Source: Candidatus Latescibacterota bacterium (lineage in GTDB: Bacteria > Latescibacterota > UBA2968). Taken from it: DNA of 64,000 nucleotides. The position numbers and the translations under genes are program-made. The notes beneath the pieces were generated by a model that worked only from the letters and a program-made list of their open reading frames with translations, ran no database searches and had not been told where the DNA came from. The stretch covers positions 3,808,001 to 3,872,000 of the forward strand of contig OZ242010.1 in NCBI GenBank assembly GCA_965204745.1, given 5' to 3'. Below, piece by piece: positions 58,959-64,000 of the stretch (position 1 is the stretch's first letter; each line of letters begins with the position of its first letter).

Positions 58959-59609
58959 TCAGCGTCTGAGGCGGATTCTCTCGCGGATTCTCTCGAGTTT
59001 TTCCTCTATGCGTTCCTGCAAGTATGCCTCTTGTACTAGTTCACCGTCCCATATATCGAAATCAGCAATACCTGATGCAACACGTATTGCTTCAACCAAA
59101 AGGTCAATGTCGTCAACGCCGCGGTGGAGTCCGCGGTAAAGGATGGCGTATGCCAATGTAGCATCGCGGAGATCAATATCACTGAATGAGCCAGCGATCC
59201 ATTGATAAGGAATATTTATTTTTTGAATTTCCTCTGCCATTTGTGTGCCATGTGCGCCGCCGCAACATGACATACACACACCAAGGCCACCGATATACTC
59301 ATGAATGTCAAGAAGGTAGTCAGCGAGTTCAGGCCACGGGATTCTGCTCTGATCGGTAAGTTGAATGCCTTGTTCGCTCCCGTGTGTACTGAGATGCAAA
59401 ATTGGAACTTTGCGGAACTTATCTATGGCTTCTTCAACCCTATTAGTCATTGCGATGTCGAATTGATCCAAGTCAATCGCAAGATTATATGAGTATTGAA
59501 TCCCAGCGATGTCGAGAAGCCCGTATAGAGCTCCGCCCTCGGTAATACCATCAAGCAGTTCGTCAGGCGATGGTGATTCGACTATATGGACATAGAAATT
59601 GTTAGCCAT
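58959..59609 (-). CDS. Caspase/CHAT-like (clan CD) protease candidate
   Basis: PILHLSTHG and GVCMSCCGG in His-Cys dyad order and spacing; GGAGG RBS, start at MANNF. Confidence 0.6.
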   Translation of the reverse strand: MANNFYVHIVESPSPDELLDGITEGGALYGLLDIAGIQYSYNLAIDLDQFDIAMTNRVEEAIDKFRKVPILHLSTHGSEQGIQLTDQSRIPWPELADYLLDIHEYIGGLGVCMSCCGGAHGTQMAEEIQKINIPYQWIAGSFSDIDLRDATLAYAILYRGLHRGVDDIDLLVEAIRVASGIADFDIWDGELVQEAYLQERIEEKLERIRERIRLRR

Positions 59610-59610
59610 T

Positions 59611-60216
59611 TCAATTTTCCTCCGCAGGTGTGATTTCCTCAAACAGCGCGACGTATTCATCAATGATTTTTCGCGCTTGTTCTTGGTAGCGCGTCTCAAC
59701 CGCATCGAGATGGGCATGCAACTGCTCTAAGGTCTTTGTCTTATTGCGCTTATCCACGACGCGGGGAATGAGAAAGAACATGCCCGCTGCCACAACGACG
59801 ATAAACGCGCCAGAGGGAAAAGCGGTAGCGACAACAGCGCGATAGATGCCGCCAGCAGCGACAACACCAGAGGCGATCTGGATGTATTTTTTGGGCAAAA
59901 TTTTAGGCGAAAAGGACGCGGTCTCGTCAATGCGGGATGAGACCTGATCGCGGATTTTACTGTCGTAATACCGATTTTGATCCACGGGTGCCCAGTTGGA
60001 GATCGCTTGGCGGGCGTCTTTGTCCAGATAGGTCAGCAAGGTCGTCTGGATGACGCCATTGATATTTTCGATGCGCGCCCTCAACTCTTGGGCGATTCGC
60101 TCCGCGTACATTTCGCTTCCGCTGTTCTCTGAGTCCAGATCATTGAAATACGCTTTGATCTCTTGCACCATAGACCCAATATCAGAGAAGATGAGTTCAG
60201 CGTGGGTGAGTTTCAT
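59611..60216 (-). CDS. Helical protein with hydrophobic hairpin (dynamin partner)
   Basis: IASGVVAAGGIY...AFIVVVAAGMFFLIP flanked by coiled helices; TGATG overlap with the dynamin stop. Confidence 0.7.
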   Translation of the reverse strand: MKLTHAELIFSDIGSMVQEIKAYFNDLDSENSGSEMYAERIAQELRARIENINGVIQTTLLTYLDKDARQAISNWAPVDQNRYYDSKIRDQVSSRIDETASFSPKILPKKYIQIASGVVAAGGIYRAVVATAFPSGAFIVVVAAGMFFLIPRVVDKRNKTKTLEQLHAHLDAVETRYQEQARKIIDEYVALFEEITPAEEN

Positions 60217-62255
60217 CACAATTCTCCTGCGATTTGCGTACACTTTTTGATGTTGTCCTCGAAAGTTTTTTTTTGTTTTTTCAGATCGGAAATCTCATCT
60301 CCCAATTCTTCATTTGTTCTTTTGTCTCCCTCAAGATTTTCCATAAACTCCTGTCGCTTCTGAAGTTCCCCATTGAATTGACGCTCATATCTGTCGCAGA
60401 AATTATTTATTAGCCGATCAATTTGTTGCTGAACTTCCGTCTCAATTTCTTGAGATAAGGTTACAAACGGCCCTCTAATCATCTCCCAAAACACATATGC
60501 ACGTTTTTCTTCAATTTCATTTATTTGTGTATTCCTAGAGTCGCAACAACTTCCCTTTGCGCTTTCTTTGGCTACCAAGTCCTTGATTTTTTTTTCGGTA
60601 GCCTTTATCCCTCTCGTCCAAAAATTTCTATCCAATGGGACTTTGGGCACAGTTATTGAGTAATCACTCTGCACACCAATAGCTCTTTCCTCTATTCTTT
60701 TCTTAAAATCTGACTCCAGTGAATTAACGAATTGGGTCATTTCATCATAGTAATCTTCTCGCAATTTTTCTCCATAAGATTCGACATTTTTGGGTTCCTC
60801 TCCGGGTCTAAAACTTTTTTGGTTGATCTCGTTGCGGAAGCTATTCACTATTTGATGTATTTCTCGATAATATCTGCTGTTTCTATTTTTTGGAGAGAAA
60901 TCATCTCTCAATTCGGCGGTAAATTCATTGTAATCCCTTCTCATTCTCTCCGTTTCATCTTTATGCTTCTGTATTTCCGATGCAAAAGACTGAGGGTTCT
61001 GATACTTCTTTCGCAGGGGTTCTATGCGTGCGCTAATGTTGTTGTCAAGGACTTCATACCCCTCTTTTAAGTCAGTAGCAAATTTCTTCATTTGAATAGA
61101 TGCTGACTTTTGTGCATCGCGTTCAATTCTTTTGCGAATCTCGTCGAAATTCGCCTGCGCTTCTAATAGGTCGAGAAACTCATTTATATCGTCATTGGCC
61201 TTAAAAAAGCACGGCGCAGTCAGCCCCATTATTTTCGAGTCCGCAGAAAGAATGGCCTGGACTTCATCCATTGTTTTTGCTTTGTAAAAGGATTTTTTCA
61301 GATAGAGTTCAGTTAGACTATCGACAAGGAAGATATTATCCGCGCCAATTCCGGGATAATAGCTCTTGGTCGCATCCAATATTCTCTCGCGTTCATCTTC
61401 ATCGATCTGGCTCCTATGCGTCAGGACGAGTATCAAACGCCCTTTGACCCGTTCGGGAATCACATTCTCCAAGGCATTGCGGAGTGCGATACTTTCCTGC
61501 TGTCCCACTTTGTGTAAATAGATAACCGCATCCGCTTGGTTGATGAAATTCTTCGTCTGATCTTCTATGCCGCCAATCGCGTTGATTCCCGGCGTATCGA
61601 CAATTTTGAAATGCTTGGACTGCAAAAACTCAATCGGATAACCGAGTGCGACCGTTTTGGGAATCTCAGCACAAGAGATGTTGTGCTGGACATATTCGCG
61701 GATTTTTCGGGCAAATGCCTCTTTCTCCAAGTTGTGTACATTTTCGAGTTCGGGATCATCAATGAAGTCTCTCAATTCTTTCTCGCTGAATACCGCCTTC
61801 TTGCTTCTGTCGCTGTAACGATCCATCAAGAATTTGTTGACTTGGACGACGGGGATGTCGCGGTATTCATCTTTGACAGCAGCGATTTTCTTCAAAAACG
61901 GCACGGTCTCGTTTTCAGGCGTTCGCAGGTCGTCCTCAACGACTTGCTCTGTGCCATTGGCAAAGGAGACGCGCACTTCCTTTTTGTCGGACTTGTCGAT
62001 CTCAATGATTTCAGAGGTCGCTTGCAGGGCTTCATAAGGCAAGATCGCCTCGCCGAGAAGCGCGTTGATAAAGGTCGATTTCCCGGCTTTCACTTCCCCG
62101 ACAATGGCGAGCAAAAACTTTTCCGCTTCGATATTTTTTTGCGCCGCCCTCAAGCCCGCGTCAATGTGCTTGCCCTCTTTGCCAAGGTCCGCGTGCAGGG
62201 ATGTATAGAGATCTAGCAAAACCGTTCGGTGTCCTGCGAGTTGTTCGTAATTCAT
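60216..62255 (-). CDS. Dynamin-like GTPase (679 aa), AT-rich
   Basis: GEVKAGKST, QATS, DTPG; atypical G4 LTHRS; coiled-coil C-terminus. Confidence 0.88.
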   Translation of the reverse strand: MNYEQLAGHRTVLLDLYTSLHADLGKEGKHIDAGLRAAQKNIEAEKFLLAIVGEVKAGKSTFINALLGEAILPYEALQATSEIIEIDKSDKKEVRVSFANGTEQVVEDDLRTPENETVPFLKKIAAVKDEYRDIPVVQVNKFLMDRYSDRSKKAVFSEKELRDFIDDPELENVHNLEKEAFARKIREYVQHNISCAEIPKTVALGYPIEFLQSKHFKIVDTPGINAIGGIEDQTKNFINQADAVIYLHKVGQQESIALRNALENVIPERVKGRLILVLTHRSQIDEDERERILDATKSYYPGIGADNIFLVDSLTELYLKKSFYKAKTMDEVQAILSADSKIMGLTAPCFFKANDDINEFLDLLEAQANFDEIRKRIERDAQKSASIQMKKFATDLKEGYEVLDNNISARIEPLRKKYQNPQSFASEIQKHKDETERMRRDYNEFTAELRDDFSPKNRNSRYYREIHQIVNSFRNEINQKSFRPGEEPKNVESYGEKLREDYYDEMTQFVNSLESDFKKRIEERAIGVQSDYSITVPKVPLDRNFWTRGIKATEKKIKDLVAKESAKGSCCDSRNTQINEIEEKRAYVFWEMIRGPFVTLSQEIETEVQQQIDRLINNFCDRYERQFNGELQKRQEFMENLEGDKRTNEELGDEISDLKKQKKTFEDNIKKCTQIAGEL

Positions 62256-62400
62256 GGTGTGACCTCGTGTTTTGAAGTGTCAAGACAAAACCGCTCCTGA
62301 GTTGGGGTTGCGTCAAAGTAGCAGGCGATTTTTGAAGTGTCAAGACGAAACCGCTCCGGAGTTGGGGTTGCGTCGAAGTAGCAGGCGACTGCTTCTTTAA
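62252..62400 (-). pseudogene. 3' remnant of a gene truncated by the IS, with a 60-bp tandem duplication
   Basis: ACYFDATPTxERFxLDTSK twice, TGA overlapping the dynamin ATG. Confidence 0.5.
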
Positions 62401-63480
62401 TAGGACTTACGCCAGGGTCATTGGTATCGCCGGTGTTTTGAGTTGTTGTCTCAAATAGTCCTCCCATAAGCCATGTTTGACTTGATAGATGGTTTGTCCG
62501 GTCTGATGGGCGACTTGGGTCAGTCGTCCCCAAACGAGGAAGGCACACGCGATATGGTTTCGCACAATGCGTGCCAATCGGCATTGACACTTTTCAAGTC
62601 CCGTCACCTGTTTTGCTTCCCGGTGAACTTGCTCAATCTTCCAACGCAAGTGACACACCGCTTGTGCCACTGACGGGTCGGTTTGAGTCAAGTCGTTGGT
62701 TACGATATACGCCGTGCGTCTCGTAGCAGACGCGACCCGGAATACGTTCACCTTGTGGTTTTTAGGGAACCCTCTGAGTTTAATGCGTTTCCCTGTGTCC
62801 TGTTCGCGTTTTGTCCAAGTTAAGGCATCGACCCGTTGATAGGGGTTTTCACCTGACGAATCGTCCACGAGGCGATTCTTTTTGATAGGACAGGAATAGA
62901 TCTTTTGTAAGTGCTCAATGTGAAGCATGACCGCTTTGGTGGCATACCAAGTATCCATCACCACTCGCTCAAAAGGCAGTTTTTTGTGATAGACCAAGAG
63001 CGACAACATCTCTTTGACGTGATCTAACTTGGTTTTCCCATCCCCTTGCGGATCGTAAATGCGATAGTCAATCAGCCAAAACCGATCTTCAACCGGATTG
63101 ACATACACACACGTCACCACACCGATCCCCGAGATGACCCCCTTCGCATTGCCACTGTATTGCCGACGCACGAGGGCCATCTTTTTGGCATAGCGCTTGT
63201 CTAAGACCGTGTCATCAAAGAGAATCACGCCCTTTGCGGTTGACGTGAGGTGGGGTTTGACGTTTTTCCAGATCTCACGCGGCGAGACGCGATCCCCACC
63301 CAGATAGCGGTTGAGCATATCATGCGTGAACCGGTCGCTGTGATCTGCGAAATGAGTCAGGGTATAGTTGAGCGGACTGCTAAGCAGATACTGGCAGTAA
63401 TCCAGGCGTGTTGGTTTCGCCATACAGACCTCCAAAGTGAGGATGGGGGTTCGATCCCGTTCTTTTTTGCGTAAGTCCTA
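62401..63480 (-). mobile_element. IS701-like insertion sequence, copy 2
   Basis: TAGGACTTACGC inverted ends; same 1080-bp length as copy 1; no target duplication. Confidence 0.9.
62407..63435 (-). CDS. IS701-family transposase
   Basis: Differs from the 38117-39145 protein at about 8 of 342 residues (counted by eye). Confidence 0.88.
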   Translation of the reverse strand: MEVCMAKPTRLDYCQYLLSSPLNYTLTHFADHSDRFTHDMLNRYLGGDRVSPREIWKNVKPHLTSTAKGVILFDDTVLDKRYAKKMALVRRQYSGNAKGVISGIGVVTCVYVNPVEDRFWLIDYRIYDPQGDGKTKLDHVKEMLSLLVYHKKLPFERVVMDTWYATKAVMLHIEHLQKIYSCPIKKNRLVDDSSGENPYQRVDALTWTKREQDTGKRIKLRGFPKNHKVNVFRVASATRRTAYIVTNDLTQTDPSVAQAVCHLRWKIEQVHREAKQVTGLEKCQCRLARIVRNHIACAFLVWGRLTQVAHQTGQTIYQVKHGLWEDYLRQQLKTPAIPMTLA

Positions 63481-63486
63481 TTTGGG

Positions 63487-63589
63487 ATGAATAATGGTCA
63501 ATCTTTTTGTTGACGTAAATAAAGATAGAATACCTATCACCATTTGTCAACCTTTTTTGGCATGAATAATAGTCAATCTTTTTGTTGAC
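63487..63589. repeat. Two 28-bp direct repeats with internal GTCAA-N8-TTGAC palindrome, 47 bp apart
   Basis: ATGAATAATRGTCAATCTTTTTGTTGAC at 63487-63514 and 63562-63589. Confidence 0.8.
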
Positions 63590-63597
63590 AATGCGAA

Positions 63598-64000
63598 TCA
63601 AGAGTAGAAAGCGAGTAAGAAGCAAGCCGCGGTCAATCGCCCAAAGACATGAACGAGTAAGCCCTCATAGGATCGTACCCGAGACGCCATCGAGATGTTC
63701 GTCTTTCGTTCAATCCAACTGAACAAGGCCTCTATAGGCTGTCGCATGCTCGAAACCGCCCGAGAAAAGTCTTTTTCGGCCTCGGTCAGGCTTTCTTGCC
63801 CCTTCTTTCGCTTCACCGGCGTCTTGAAGATCAGGTTCTGCTGTTTGCTAAGCGTGTCTTTTAAGGGCTGATCGGCGTAGATTTTATCGCCGTAGAGGTG
63901 TCCATCCCGCAAAACGGGTAAGCCTTGTCGCAAAGCGGTCAGGTCATGCTCTGCTGCGCCTGTCAAGCCGAAGTACTCTGCTTTGGGCAGGCCATTCGCT
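63598..64000 (-). mobile_element. 3' part of an IS982-family transposase (runs off the window)
   Basis: HD, GDKIY, TPVK, RQPIE.LF.W...KT.I..AS.VRS..GL. Confidence 0.8.

Noticed and set aside
38072-63480. Inversion or composite transposon bounded by the two inverted IS701-like copies
   Set aside because: Copy 1 retains its own perfect TCATG duplication, so it has not recombined with copy 2; the interval contains rpsT.

Overview
GC-rich bacterial window. The gene content (Calx-beta/FN3 surface protein with dockerin-like tail, DUF6785-type membrane protein, many sugar-acid enzymes, heptamer repeats) suggests a Latescibacterota/Gemmatimonadota/Poribacteria-like host-associated organism; this is inference only. 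Contents from left to right: (1) a sigma54-driven pspA envelope-stress operon; (2) sugar-acid catabolic genes and a 1858-aa surface protein; (3) scattered toxin-antitoxin remnants; (4) a three-gene dynamin-like GTPase operon whose last member is fused to tandem ComEA-type HhH DNA-binding domains, interrupted by an IS701-like and an IS5/IS903-like element; (5) a promoter- and terminator-bounded, highly base-paired ~330-nt candidate ncRNA; (6) rpsT and a cysM-mec-cysO-type locus; (7) a tightly coupled minus-strand island: dynamin, membrane protein, caspase-like protease, Rpn with an extra RpnS copy, HerA/FtsK-type ATPase with a pore-like beta-hairpin, WHH/HNH nuclease and SMI1/KNR4 immunity protein. 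The window ends in IS701- and IS982-like elements. The best candidates for an undescribed system are the 53.5-62.3 kb island and the dynamin-ComEA operon. All product calls come from motif recognition by eye; no database searches were run.
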